From a virus (taxonomy: Duplodnaviria > Caudoviricetes): DNA of 64,000 bases. Location of the stretch: positions 1 through 64,000 of the IMG/VR virus record IMGVR_UViG_3300030372_003714, one strand, 5' to 3'. A program made the translations under genes and the position numbers. Positions within the stretch are counted from its first letter, which is position 1, and each line of letters opens with the position of its first letter. Below are positions 1-10,364 of this stretch, piece by piece. The notes under the pieces are model-generated. The model did no database searches, was not told where the DNA came from, and was given only the letters and a program-made list of their open reading frames with translations.

Positions 1-2
1 CT

Positions 3-2990
3 ATCTCTAAATACTTTATCTGAACGATTCTCTGTTACAATAAACTCTTTATTAGTATCAGATTCTCTGAATATAAGTTCGTTTGTATCCGGATCTCTGT
101 AGATCATACCTAATCTCTCTCCCCATACTACAGGAACATACTTAGTTATACCATCAAATAATTCACTGATAAGAAAATCCTCACTAGACTTTTCTCCATA
201 TAACCATTTATTAAATTCAGCTTTATTTTCTCGCTGTTCTTGCTCAAGTCTAGTTCTACGAGCTTGTTCTCTTCGTGATATTTTAGGATCAAATATATCT
301 TTCCTAAACTTATCAAACTTCTTTTCTAAATCACTTTGTACTTCTTCCTGTGCTTTTGCAGCCTGCGCTCTAAGTTCTTCAACAGCATTAATATAGTCTT
401 GTCTAGCTCGCATTTTAAGAAATCTATCAAGCATCTCTTGACCATATTTTTGAATCTCTGCATTGTCTGGATACTGAGCAAAGAAATCTCTGATTTCAGT
501 TTCACTAATATCAGGATTATTTGTTATTAATTCTCTGAAGTCGTCCTTAATAGCATTATTCATTGCCGATTCAGCAATGTCTTCTCTACCTTCAACTATA
601 GTTTTCTTAATAGCTTCTCTCTGAGCCTCATCTGCAAAACCTTCTTCTACTTTTTCTTTTTCCCAGGTACCATCTAAAATTTCTTGTAACCTTTGCCATG
701 CAGCATTCCTATTTTGCTCAAAGATATTTTTCTTTTGCTCTAGAGCTTGTTTAGAATTAGCATTTACTTTTGATAAAAACTCTTCCTCTTTTTGATAGTT
801 ATCATTCTCATAAGTTTCTTTTGAATCATTTCTTAAAGTATTCTCTTCTCCCTTTACTTTATCTAGATTTTTATTAGCCTGCTCTAGAAATACATCCATC
901 ATCTCCATCAAATCCTTAGCTTCTTGTTTAGCTTGTTTTGTGGTTTCAGGATCTGTACTAGTTGCTTCAGTAGCTGCTTGATTTCTAAGGAACTTCATTT
1001 GTTCTATCTGCTGAAGTAAGGCCTGTTTTTTAGCTTTAAGTTCGTATCTAACCTTAGTATTAGGACCTATTCCGAACTGTTCATTTGTATAGGCATCATT
1101 ACTGTCTGAATTTTCTATTTGTTCATTTACTCTTTTAAGTAATTTATCATAGATTTCGACTGCCATATCCATCTGTGTAAGAGCATTTGCTATACCATAA
1201 CTATATTTTTTCCCTGTAATATTATTTACATACTTATTAAATTTCTTTTCTGTCTTTAGAATAGTATCAATTAAATCTTGTCTATTTTGTGATACTTCAT
1301 CTGAAGATATTCCGTACTCTCCTAATAAGTCTTCATATATAGGATCATTTATCATATCGACTAATAGATCAGTTGTACCAGCTCTAGCCGCATTTAATGC
1401 CATTTCAAGAGCCATTAATTCATCCTGCTCTTTCATACCATTTGTATCTCCTCTATCTTCTGCTTTTTGTCTTTTCTTTAGAGACTCTCTTAGGAAATCC
1501 ATTCTATTTCCTATTTCTTTTATAGCTTCAGCTTCTCTTTGCTTAAGCGCTTTATTATTTTTAGCAGCTGAAATACCAGTAAAAATACCACCACCTATCA
1601 TACCAAAGAATGCTGCTGTCCATAACTCTCCATCAGCATAGTACTCGTTTAATCTATCTGAAAAATTACCTTTCTTAAATTCTCGATTAGTATCATAACC
1701 TGTATTTCCTGCCATAATATCCCCTTCTCTAATACCTTCTTGCATAGAGATAAAGTTAACTTGCTCCTCTATACCTTCTGTACCAGCCCAGAATATACCA
1801 TGCCTTAGTCTAGGTGTAGCATTCCATAGCCTACCCATTTTAGTTTTGGGCATTCTAGGCGCTTTAAGTGTGGCATTTTGTGCAGTTTTTACATTCTTAC
1901 TATGACCAAAAAACCCTGCTCTTGTAGATCTTCCTACTCCTCTAAAAAATAATGCAGACTGAGCTATATCAAATGCTAGGTTAGCATAGTTAAAATTATA
2001 AGATGAAGCGGCTGCATGCCCTGCAACCCAAAGAGCTGCTTGTTCTCTAGTACCAGGATCATTTGGACTTAGACCCCTTTCTTCAAGCATCTTTTTACCG
2101 TCACTGCTGTTTAAGAATCTTCCTAGTTTTTCATTATCACCAAAGAATTCATAATTTTTATCATAAGATTGTGTAAATGTTTCTCCGGCTTCTCTGTAGT
2201 TTTCCATGTGACGCATAGAAAGTCCCATAACTGTAGACTTAGCTAACCATTTTTGAGTACGGCTTAGATTTAATGCATTAGATATTCCAGCATTCATACG
2301 AGCTGACTTCATGCTTTTAGTTGCTGCATTTATTCTTCTCGCCATTCTACCGGCCTTTCCTAGTGCTCCAGTTACTGCTAAACCTGGAACCATTAATGAT
2401 ATTGTAGATACTACACTTACTCCATTAGAAGCCCACCAATCACCGTCTCCAATTCTAAATCTTTTAGAAGTAGGTTTAGCATAAATAGGAGTTAATCCAC
2501 CAACATCTTCTCTCAGCCATTTACCAAATCCAATCATACCTGTAGCTAGATTATCTAAAATACCCATTTCAGCATCATTATAACCAGTATCTAGGCCAAA
2601 ATCATGCATGATACTTCCATCCATCATGTCTATTATAGATCCAAAGCCTTCAATAATACCTCCTGTTATTTCTCCTACTACAGCTTTATTTAAAAAAGCA
2701 CCAGTTTTAGACCATCCTCCTTGGTTATACCAAAGCTTTTCACTAATGTTATCATAATTTTTTACATCCCAATCTACATCACTGTTAAGATATGGATTAT
2801 CAGGAATAACTGTAGGTCGATTAAATCTGTTACCGAAAAAGCCTTGATCAACTTTATCTATATGATCCATCAAGGTCCCCTCAAATTTAGGAGGTTCAGT
2901 ATTAGTAGGCAGGCTAGTTATAGGATCTAGACCTGCAGTAGTATTAGCCGGTGGAATAATTACCGGCTTTTTTTCATCTTTGTCGCTCAT
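3..2990 (-). CDS. N-terminal ~996 aa of a giant virion cargo/ejection protein (crAss-like virion RNA polymerase cluster), truncated by window start
   Basis: Missing from the ORF track because no stop lies in the window. ATG at 2990 (MSDKDEKKPVIIPP...); the frame was open where I spot-checked it. Contains 'EGIEEQVNFISMQEG...LWTAAFFGMIGGGIF', typical of crAss-like giant virion proteins, and lies downstream of two cargo genes. No RNAP catalytic motif seen. Confidence 0.75.
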   Translation of the reverse strand, partial: MSDKDEKKPVIIPPANTTAGLDPITSLPTNTEPPKFEGTLMDHIDKVDQGFFGNRFNRPTVIPDNPYLNSDVDWDVKNYDNISEKLWYNQGGWSKTGAFLNKAVVGEITGGIIEGFGSIIDMMDGSIMHDFGLDTGYNDAEMGILDNLATGMIGFGKWLREDVGGLTPIYAKPTSKRFRIGDGDWWASNGVSVVSTISLMVPGLAVTGALGKAGRMARRINAATKSMKSARMNAGISNALNLSRTQKWLAKSTVMGLSMRHMENYREAGETFTQSYDKNYEFFGDNEKLGRFLNSSDGKKMLEERGLSPNDPGTREQAALWVAGHAAASSYNFNYANLAFDIAQSALFFRGVGRSTRAGFFGHSKNVKTAQNATLKAPRMPKTKMGRLWNATPRLRHGIFWAGTEGIEEQVNFISMQEGIREGDIMAGNTGYDTNREFKKGNFSDRLNEYYADGELWTAAFFGMIGGGIFTGISAAKNNKALKQREAEAIKEIGNRMDFLRESLKKRQKAEDRGDTNGMKEQDELMALEMALNAARAGTTDLLVDMINDPIYEDLLGEYGISSDEVSQNRQDLIDTILKTEKKFNKYVNNITGKKYSYGIANALTQMDMAVEIYDKLLKRVNEQIENSDSNDAYTNEQFGIGPNTKVRYELKAKKQALLQQIEQMKFLRNQAATEATSTDPETTKQAKQEAKDLMEMMDVFLEQANKNLDKVKGEENTLRNDSKETYENDNYQKEEEFLSKVNANSKQALEQKKNIFEQNRNAAWQRLQEILDGTWEKEKVEEGFADEAQREAIKKTIVEGREDIAESAMNNAIKDDFRELITNNPDISETEIRDFFAQYPDNAEIQKYGQEMLDRFLKMRARQDYINAVEELRAQAAKAQEEVQSDLEKKFDKFRKDIFDPKISRREQARRTRLEQEQRENKAEFNKWLYGEKSSEDFLISELFDGITKYVPVVWGERLGMIYRDPDTNELIFRESDTNKEFIVTENRSDKVFRD

Positions 2991-3012
2991 TATTTTAAAC
3001 TAATTTTAGTTC

Positions 3013-6000
3013 TTACTTTGCCCATGACGGATAAACAAATCCGCTGGATGCACCTGTTAATTCTCCGAGTGACCAGTGCCACCACTCTTGATCAAATTGT
3101 TTTATATTAGGTAATACAGTAGCCTCTTTCCAAGGACCCTCTCTCTTTTGTTCGTCTTTAATAGATTGAGGAGTATTACTTAATTGATTAAATAATGAAG
3201 TTAAAACAGTTTTATTATAATTAGGCATTACTAAGTTACCATTTTTATTAACTAATTCACTTATTCTAATTCCTCTTACTGCAACACCTGTTTGATCAAA
3301 TCCATTTTTTCTAGTATGATTACCTACTGAATTGTTACCAATAGTTTGGATCTTTTTTCCGGACCTATCTGCTATTATCCAATCATAATCAGCCATATTA
3401 GAAGATAAATCGATAGCCTGACCGAATACATGGAAACCTCCTGCATCAGGGTTAGCTATTGGAGGATAAGGTTTATCATTTTCTATCCACTCATCATACA
3501 TTGCTTTTTGTTGTTCATAAGATCTAGCTCCACTTATCACAGGTAGTGAGAAGTTTCCATCTATACTATTCATTGGAATTACTTGTATATCACCTGCGCC
3601 TAATGCTGTAAAGAAGTCTGTAGTTGATCCATCTGCATATGTAATAATTTCTCCGCTCATATTTTGACCTAATGCATTATTAACTTTTAGATCCCACTCT
3701 GTATTAAACTTTGATGTGGTTATAGAAACAATATCTGCAAATGTATCATTTAATCCTACAAAAGCATGATTCATTGCCTGACCTTTTACAGTTGAAGCAT
3801 TATTAGCATTTTCTGCTCTTCCTTGTGTCATTCTAGATTCTGGTAACATTAACTGTCCTGGTCGTAATGTAGTAGAGAAATTCTGTCCTGTTATATCTAC
3901 ACCACGTGCTTCAGATGTTTCTGTAACAGGTATTCCCTCTCTTGCTATTGGATTAGGATCAGCTTGTGATCTATTAGCCCAGTATGCTTTTGCTCCTGAA
4001 TATTGTGGATCATTAAGTGTAATTAACATACCTACTTTAGAAGCATCTGTATCTGCATTAAATAACTCATTACCTGTAGTATAAATATATCCTCCATCAG
4101 CATCAATATCCATTATAAGACCTGCTCTAGGTTGGAATACATATGCTTCATTTTGAATAGGATTTCCATTAGGTAACTGATTGAAATAATAATATCCTAA
4201 TGGGTTATTTTCTCCATCTTCTGCGGAGCTCATTGCAACATTTCCTGGGGTAGTAGCTGCTCTAGAAAAATCTATTTGAGCTAACTCATTTGCATCCCAT
4301 AACATTTTTTGTTCTTCAGTTCTTGGAATAGTAATAAATTCAGTTCTACCTGTCCCATCACCAATAGGTCTTGTAGTTTCCATTTGGTTTCTCCAAACAT
4401 CTCTAACTTTACTCGGTGCTGTAAAGAATAAATCAACAGTCCCATCGTCAGTTGATCCGCTTCCTTTAGGTAAAGTTAATGCTCCATAATAACTACCATC
4501 TGGATTAGGATTAGTTAACCATACAACACTTTCACTAAACTCTCCATCTAAGAATTTATCTACAGTCTCTTGAGTTATTATATTCTCCTCTACTAATTTT
4601 TTCCAATTAGTTTGCTTTCCGTCTGACCTTAAGAAATTTTGATCCTCATCACCAAGTATTCCTGGTAATGATTCTGCTATTTCGGCGTCTGCTCTTTTAC
4701 TACCTGTAGAAGTTAATGTTTGAGCAGAAGTAATACGTCCTTTAAAGTATTCAGAATTATCAACATTTGCATCTATTCTCTTCATTAACTCAGATCCTGC
4801 TCCTCCTCCTAATGAGTAAACATTTTCAAATAATGATTTAGCTCTATCCATATACTCATAGATATTATCATTAGGAGTTCCTGCTAATGCATTAACCTCT
4901 TCTACTGATGCAATATTACCACTATCATCAAACTGTATTGCAGACCATCCATGAGTTTCCCACTCAGGATTTACTGTTCCATCTCCTTTCATCATATCTA
5001 CATATCTCCATTGTCCTGCCTCATTTTGCCATCTAATTCCTTCATTAGTTTGCTGAACATTAAGTTGTTTTGCAGCACCTTGAGTTAAATTAAATAATGA
5101 CATAGCAGAAGATTCATAATGGTATTTAGCTAAATTAATTTTATCAGCCCATTCTTTATGATATGGATCATCTAAACTATAATTATCTTTTGTAGTTTCA
5201 TATTCTGAAATAAGATTTTTATAAGTATCTCCATTAGTATTTACAATATCAATATAACTTCCTACATTATCTATTGGCTCACCATTAACATTTCTTATTG
5301 TACCTGCTATAAAGCCTGACTGGTCTCCAATCTTAGGTACCCAATCCGACTTTTCAATAGGGTATCTATTTTTATTAGCTACACTTTGATCAAATGTAAG
5401 TTCATTTATTCTTTCATCAAATACATATTTTTCACCCATGTATCCTACATAATCTACTTTAGCCATATTAAATCTAGCAGCTTTTGCTTCGTTTGAGTCT
5501 CCTGTTATTGCATCTAGGGCTTTTTGTTTTGCTTCAGCTGCATCTGATCCTGCGGCTGGGTTACCAAATAGCATATTAATAGCATGTGTTGCTGCTCCTA
5601 ATTGATCTTTATCGTCCATCATAGACACCTCGAATTCAATTTCTTTCTGCATATTAGCTGGATAGTAATCTATATCATCCATAGCTGCTTTATATATTTT
5701 ACTAAGAGTTATACCTCTATAGCTTTCCATTGCTTTTGCTCCAGTTATTGGATCTTCTTCTAAACCTTTAACAAAATCAGCTTTAATTTTATCATAGGTT
5801 TGCTCATTAGCAATCTTTAATTGATCAGATGGTTTATGTATCCCAGAATAAGTAAATGCTTCCAATACCGGCTTTCCGTTTTTCATTGTCCAACCGGCAG
5901 TACTATTTTGATCCGGCACCCATGATTTCGTACCATCAGAACCTTCAACTAATTTTAATCCGTGATTATAAAAATCAGTCCAATCTCTTTGTCCTGCAAA

Positions 6001-6432
6001 ATAAGGATTATAAAGATCTGAGTATTCTCCCGCTTCTTTAGCCGTTGCAATAGCTGGATTCAAATCTTCTTCTAGAGCTCTTGTAGTTTCTTTAATAGCA
6101 TATAGATTACCATCATTAAAACTTCTGTCTATATCTGCTTTAATAGCTGTTAATTCAGGAACCATATCTGCATAACGTCCTCCATGCTTTTCAATAAGAG
6201 CATTTAGCTTAGCATCTAAGTCTTTTCTTGTTTGTGTTAGAACAGTATTATGCAAAGGCGTAGATGATCTTACTTTAAGTATTTCATCATCTAAACTACC
6301 TGCTAACTTTTCACCCGCATCATGTTCTTTTTGTACTTGATTATACGCCAAAGACATTTCTTCAAAAGGAAGTCTTACATATGTGTTCATTAGCGGTTGC
6401 TCCGCCGGTTTCATAAATCTATTTACAGCCAT
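3013..6432 (-). CDS. Virion cargo/ejection protein with C-terminal M15 (VanY/VanX-like) Zn peptidase domain
   Basis: N-terminus MAVNRFMKPAEQPLMNTYVRLPFEEM resembles crAss-like cargo proteins. C-terminus has SGARSYEQQ, H-x6-D (HVFGQAID) and EWWHW, the M15 signature. Confidence 0.75.
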   Translation of the reverse strand: MAVNRFMKPAEQPLMNTYVRLPFEEMSLAYNQVQKEHDAGEKLAGSLDDEILKVRSSTPLHNTVLTQTRKDLDAKLNALIEKHGGRYADMVPELTAIKADIDRSFNDGNLYAIKETTRALEEDLNPAIATAKEAGEYSDLYNPYFAGQRDWTDFYNHGLKLVEGSDGTKSWVPDQNSTAGWTMKNGKPVLEAFTYSGIHKPSDQLKIANEQTYDKIKADFVKGLEEDPITGAKAMESYRGITLSKIYKAAMDDIDYYPANMQKEIEFEVSMMDDKDQLGAATHAINMLFGNPAAGSDAAEAKQKALDAITGDSNEAKAARFNMAKVDYVGYMGEKYVFDERINELTFDQSVANKNRYPIEKSDWVPKIGDQSGFIAGTIRNVNGEPIDNVGSYIDIVNTNGDTYKNLISEYETTKDNYSLDDPYHKEWADKINLAKYHYESSAMSLFNLTQGAAKQLNVQQTNEGIRWQNEAGQWRYVDMMKGDGTVNPEWETHGWSAIQFDDSGNIASVEEVNALAGTPNDNIYEYMDRAKSLFENVYSLGGGAGSELMKRIDANVDNSEYFKGRITSAQTLTSTGSKRADAEIAESLPGILGDEDQNFLRSDGKQTNWKKLVEENIITQETVDKFLDGEFSESVVWLTNPNPDGSYYGALTLPKGSGSTDDGTVDLFFTAPSKVRDVWRNQMETTRPIGDGTGRTEFITIPRTEEQKMLWDANELAQIDFSRAATTPGNVAMSSAEDGENNPLGYYYFNQLPNGNPIQNEAYVFQPRAGLIMDIDADGGYIYTTGNELFNADTDASKVGMLITLNDPQYSGAKAYWANRSQADPNPIAREGIPVTETSEARGVDITGQNFSTTLRPGQLMLPESRMTQGRAENANNASTVKGQAMNHAFVGLNDTFADIVSITTSKFNTEWDLKVNNALGQNMSGEIITYADGSTTDFFTALGAGDIQVIPMNSIDGNFSLPVISGARSYEQQKAMYDEWIENDKPYPPIANPDAGGFHVFGQAIDLSSNMADYDWIIADRSGKKIQTIGNNSVGNHTRKNGFDQTGVAVRGIRISELVNKNGNLVMPNYNKTVLTSLFNQLSNTPQSIKDEQKREGPWKEATVLPNIKQFDQEWWHWSLGELTGASSGFVYPSWAK

Positions 6433-6460
6433 TTTTATTTCTTTTCTACGTTATCGTCTT

Positions 6461-9400
6461 CTATTTAATATAATCACCTATAATATTTTTTAGTTGTGGA
6501 TATTGCTGCATTAACTTATTTAGCTCACCACTGTCTATTAATTTTTGTATATCAAAGCTTCCATCCTTACCTATATATAAATGTGCATCAGGATATATTA
6601 AATTAAGCATATTAGCTAAATTTTTATCTGTAGACATTTCATTAGCCATCTTATCTTTAAGTTGAGAATAACCTGATAGTCCTTCCCATCCTTTAGCTTC
6701 AAAGGCTTCTTTAGCCGCTCTATTCATAGCATTAGCCTCATTCTGTCTTACTCCTTCTTGTCTATCTCTCTCGCCTAAATTAAATAATGATTCATTAGCT
6801 ATTTGTAATCCTTGGTTTTCTAATTGTGCTTCAGTTAAGAATGCTTTAAGATCAGCTTCATTTTGTATATTCTGGCCTCTTAATAACATATTCATCATTG
6901 ACCCACTAGAACCATCGCTTGCATCTCTACCTAAATATTTTAACATATTAAAGTTTGTTTCATTCTCTTCTAATAAGTTCTGAATATCTAAAGAATTAGT
7001 TAATCTTTTTAAATTCTCTTTTATTAATGCTTCATTTTCATTAGATACAAATGGCTCATACTCAACCCCTTCTTTAGCTTTTTTAAAGTTATAAAGAGTA
7101 GGAGCTAGAGTCTTAAGATCAGTAGCACCTTTCTTAAAAGCACTCATTAGATTTTTCATCATCTCAGCATTTCTAGCTTTCTTAGCTGCAAGGGCCGCTT
7201 CTTCAGCAGGATCTAATGGTTTATTTTTTTCTATATTTTCTAAATTTTCTAAGTTCTCATCATACTTAATTCTCTCTCTATCAAGTATAGATGCAACATC
7301 TTCTGGACTTTTTCCATCAGCTAATAGACTTTGTTCTAAGGCTTTAAAGTATTGTCTTTTCGACATGTCATTATCTAGACCAAAGTTTTCATCCCATCCT
7401 ACTCCTAAGCCCATATTATATAAATTATAATTAGCTTTATCTTTTGTAAACTCTTCTTTACCTCCTAAATAACCGTCTTCAGTTGCAGGTTTCCAATCCC
7501 ATGTCTCCATATCTTCTTTGCCTGTATGAGGATTCATAACCATGAATTCATCCATATAGGTATCTCTATCCGGTTTACTACCAGGTACACCTATATTTTC
7601 TAACTGTCCAGATCTCCAATCACCATAGCCTGACATTAAAGCTTTATAAGCATCTTTAGGATCTGTAAATGTTTCATCATTAATACTAAAACCGCCATCT
7701 GGATAGTTAGCTGTAAGCCAATCCATTACATCCCCTCTATTTGGTTCATATCTTTTATTTAAAGAAAAGTCATCAAATTCTATATCACTAAACGTCTCAC
7801 CAAAATATCTATTAAAATTATAAGGATCAAATCCATTCTCAGCTTGAGGTAAACCATACTTAGCTCCAACAAGTTGTTGATCTTCAGCACTTAATTGACT
7901 CATATCAATATTACCCATTGGGTTATCTTGCATTCCTCCTGCAGGTCCTGCTATAGAAGCCATAGCTTGTTCTGATAATGCTTGAGTTTGTTGTTGTTGC
8001 ATATACTGCTCAAATATATCAGGGAACTTTTCATATAGCTCGTCTTCAGTAGCACCGCTATTTAATAAGTCCATAAACTTTTCTTGTCTAGATGCTTCTT
8101 GTTCTGTTTGAAGATCAGTTAATTTTTGATTCCAAGCATCTATCATAGAAACAGCTGTAGATTTTGTAATCTCATCTCCTTCTTCCATTTCTTTTTTAAA
8201 CTTAGCAATATGGTTACCAATTTTTTCAGCTGCATCAGCATAACTCATATTCCACGTTTTAGATTTTAAGCTTTTAGAAAATACATACTGTCCTTCAGAA
8301 GATTGTACAATCTCTCCTCCTTTTTCATGTGAACTACCTTCTAGCATAGAAATCATTGCATCATTCATATCTCCATCAACTTGTTCTGTATCTGCTGTAG
8401 TAACAGGTATATCTCCTGGCTGGTGCATAATTGCCTCACCGCCTTCTGCTTCATAATCTACACTATCACTATTAGGCTGTCCTCCTGCATTAAAAGAATT
8501 TCCTGCAGTACCTTGAGCTTCAAACATTGCACTTTGTCCTAAAGGATTAAATTGATGACCAATTAAATCTACAGCGTTACCGGGCTGCAAATCTATTGCT
8601 CCTCCCCCCATTTGTTTTTTATGACGATAAGGAGATCCTCCATACATAGCTGATCCTGCAGGTAATGGTGCTATATCATCTGCACCTATTTCGCCATAAG
8701 GTATAGGAGTATCTCCTGTTCCTTTATTAAACAATTTACCTATATCTCCAGCATAATTTGAACCAATAGACATAACATTTCCAGCTAATTCTCCCCAATT
8801 AAATTTAGGTTTTTCTGTTCCTAAATAACTAGAGATAGCTTCTAATCCTCCTAATCTTGTATCGAATCTTAAAGTTTCTTTATTTACACCTTCTTTATTT
8901 AAAGTTCTTGCAGTATTAACAGCTTCATTTGCATCTTTAACATTCGCTTCATGTTGTTTTACATCTCCTCTATGTCTAAATATATCAGCTACAATATCTA
9001 ATCCTGTTCCTAATCCTGGAACAACATAGTTAAAGGCTTTTAGTATTTTATTTGCAACAGTACCGTCTTCACCTACAGCGCCTATAGTTTGCTGAACATT
9101 TGAATTACGTCCGTCTCGGCCTATTTCGTTAACATCACTATAATCTCTAACAGTTGTTGCATCAGGAAGATCATACCATTGTGAGCCCATACCAAGTTCT
9201 GCTTTAGGTAATCTTGGAGTTTTATAAGAATGTCCGTGTCCTCCAAATTTTTTCATACCGCCTATAATTCTACTACTTAATTCAGGAGTTCTGTTTGATT
9301 TATCTATATTTCCAAAGCCATCTATTTCTCCTGAGAATAGAGGCATTTCGTTACCAGGGAAGTTTATATCTCTTAAAAAGAGATCTTTCAAAGCTACTGG

Positions 9401-10309
9401 ATCACTTGAGCTTTGCATAACATCAGACCTATTTGCATTTTTTGCAAACCACATTTTAAATGTTGGGTCTTCAGTTATTGTTTCTTGTGAATTTGGATTA
9501 CCTCCTGAATCATATTTATATAAAGGGTTTCCTCCCATTTCCCATGTAATTTCTTTAGTTTTAGTATCTTCTCTTTCTATCGGTGTATCTCTTATACCTT
9601 TATTCACAGTAAAATATTCTGAGTTATTATTAGGATGAAATAAATCAAAAAATAAACCATTACCATCTTCATAGTTTAATATCTCTCCCTCGCTATTTAC
9701 AAATGTAGCATAAGGATTTTCCTTTTTCATTCTCTCATTTTCTCCACGTTTATGCGCCAGATCATACATAAGTTTACCACCAACAATTAATCCTCCTAAT
9801 CCTTTCATTCCCCAACCTGCTATTTGTGTGTAAGGTGTTGGTACTGCATTAGCTACATTAGAAGCACCAAACCAAGCCGCTGCTGGAGCTCCTCCATATA
9901 ATATTGCATCATCCCAACTAAAGTCAGTATCATGAAGTTGGATAGTTCTAGTTCTATTAGCGCCTATAGCTTCTTCATATTTATTTAATTGTTCAATATT
10001 TTTTGGAACATCTTTAAGAGTATCTGGAAAAAAGTTATACCACTTACTATTTTGAAATGCCTCAAACTGCTTTTGCTGCGTCTCGTCATCCCAGGTATAA
10101 TTTGTTCTTTTTGTTAATGGCTTTCCCTCTGTAGTTTTATATGTAGAAAATAATTGAGCACCCTGTAATACATCATCGCTCGCATTTTTAGGGTGTGGAT
10201 GCGGATGAGTAAAACTTCCGTCATGATATTTACGCATTTTTTTAGGGTGTCCTCCCCATTTCATCCAATATGAATTGCTGTTCTTAGTTTTCTTCTTCTT
10301 ATTTGCCAT
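6461..10309 (-). CDS. Virion cargo protein (crAss-like cargo protein 1 type)
   Basis: EAEGGEAI and GSSHEKGGEIV...YVFSKSLK motifs, repeated basic-aromatic-GG motifs, and position directly downstream of the muzzle gene as in crAss-like phages. Confidence 0.7.
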   Translation of the reverse strand: MANKKKKTKNSNSYWMKWGGHPKKMRKYHDGSFTHPHPHPKNASDDVLQGAQLFSTYKTTEGKPLTKRTNYTWDDETQQKQFEAFQNSKWYNFFPDTLKDVPKNIEQLNKYEEAIGANRTRTIQLHDTDFSWDDAILYGGAPAAAWFGASNVANAVPTPYTQIAGWGMKGLGGLIVGGKLMYDLAHKRGENERMKKENPYATFVNSEGEILNYEDGNGLFFDLFHPNNNSEYFTVNKGIRDTPIEREDTKTKEITWEMGGNPLYKYDSGGNPNSQETITEDPTFKMWFAKNANRSDVMQSSSDPVALKDLFLRDINFPGNEMPLFSGEIDGFGNIDKSNRTPELSSRIIGGMKKFGGHGHSYKTPRLPKAELGMGSQWYDLPDATTVRDYSDVNEIGRDGRNSNVQQTIGAVGEDGTVANKILKAFNYVVPGLGTGLDIVADIFRHRGDVKQHEANVKDANEAVNTARTLNKEGVNKETLRFDTRLGGLEAISSYLGTEKPKFNWGELAGNVMSIGSNYAGDIGKLFNKGTGDTPIPYGEIGADDIAPLPAGSAMYGGSPYRHKKQMGGGAIDLQPGNAVDLIGHQFNPLGQSAMFEAQGTAGNSFNAGGQPNSDSVDYEAEGGEAIMHQPGDIPVTTADTEQVDGDMNDAMISMLEGSSHEKGGEIVQSSEGQYVFSKSLKSKTWNMSYADAAEKIGNHIAKFKKEMEEGDEITKSTAVSMIDAWNQKLTDLQTEQEASRQEKFMDLLNSGATEDELYEKFPDIFEQYMQQQQTQALSEQAMASIAGPAGGMQDNPMGNIDMSQLSAEDQQLVGAKYGLPQAENGFDPYNFNRYFGETFSDIEFDDFSLNKRYEPNRGDVMDWLTANYPDGGFSINDETFTDPKDAYKALMSGYGDWRSGQLENIGVPGSKPDRDTYMDEFMVMNPHTGKEDMETWDWKPATEDGYLGGKEEFTKDKANYNLYNMGLGVGWDENFGLDNDMSKRQYFKALEQSLLADGKSPEDVASILDRERIKYDENLENLENIEKNKPLDPAEEAALAAKKARNAEMMKNLMSAFKKGATDLKTLAPTLYNFKKAKEGVEYEPFVSNENEALIKENLKRLTNSLDIQNLLEENETNFNMLKYLGRDASDGSSGSMMNMLLRGQNIQNEADLKAFLTEAQLENQGLQIANESLFNLGERDRQEGVRQNEANAMNRAAKEAFEAKGWEGLSGYSQLKDKMANEMSTDKNLANMLNLIYPDAHLYIGKDGSFDIQKLIDSGELNKLMQQYPQLKNIIGDYIK

Positions 10310-10331
10310 TAGCGATATGTTCTAAAATCCA

Positions 10332-10339
10332 CAAAAATA
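10332..10339 (-). promoter_or_regulatory. Bacteroidota-type -7 promoter box (TATTTTTG)
   Basis: Matches TAnnTTTG; lies in the gap just upstream of the 6461..10309 start codon. Confidence 0.65.
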
Positions 10340-10364
10340 TTAAAAATTTTCTTAATAACCAAAC

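Noticed and set aside
336-2930. Plus-strand track ORFs 336..530 and 2721..2930
   Set aside because: Antisense shadows of the long minus-strand cargo gene.
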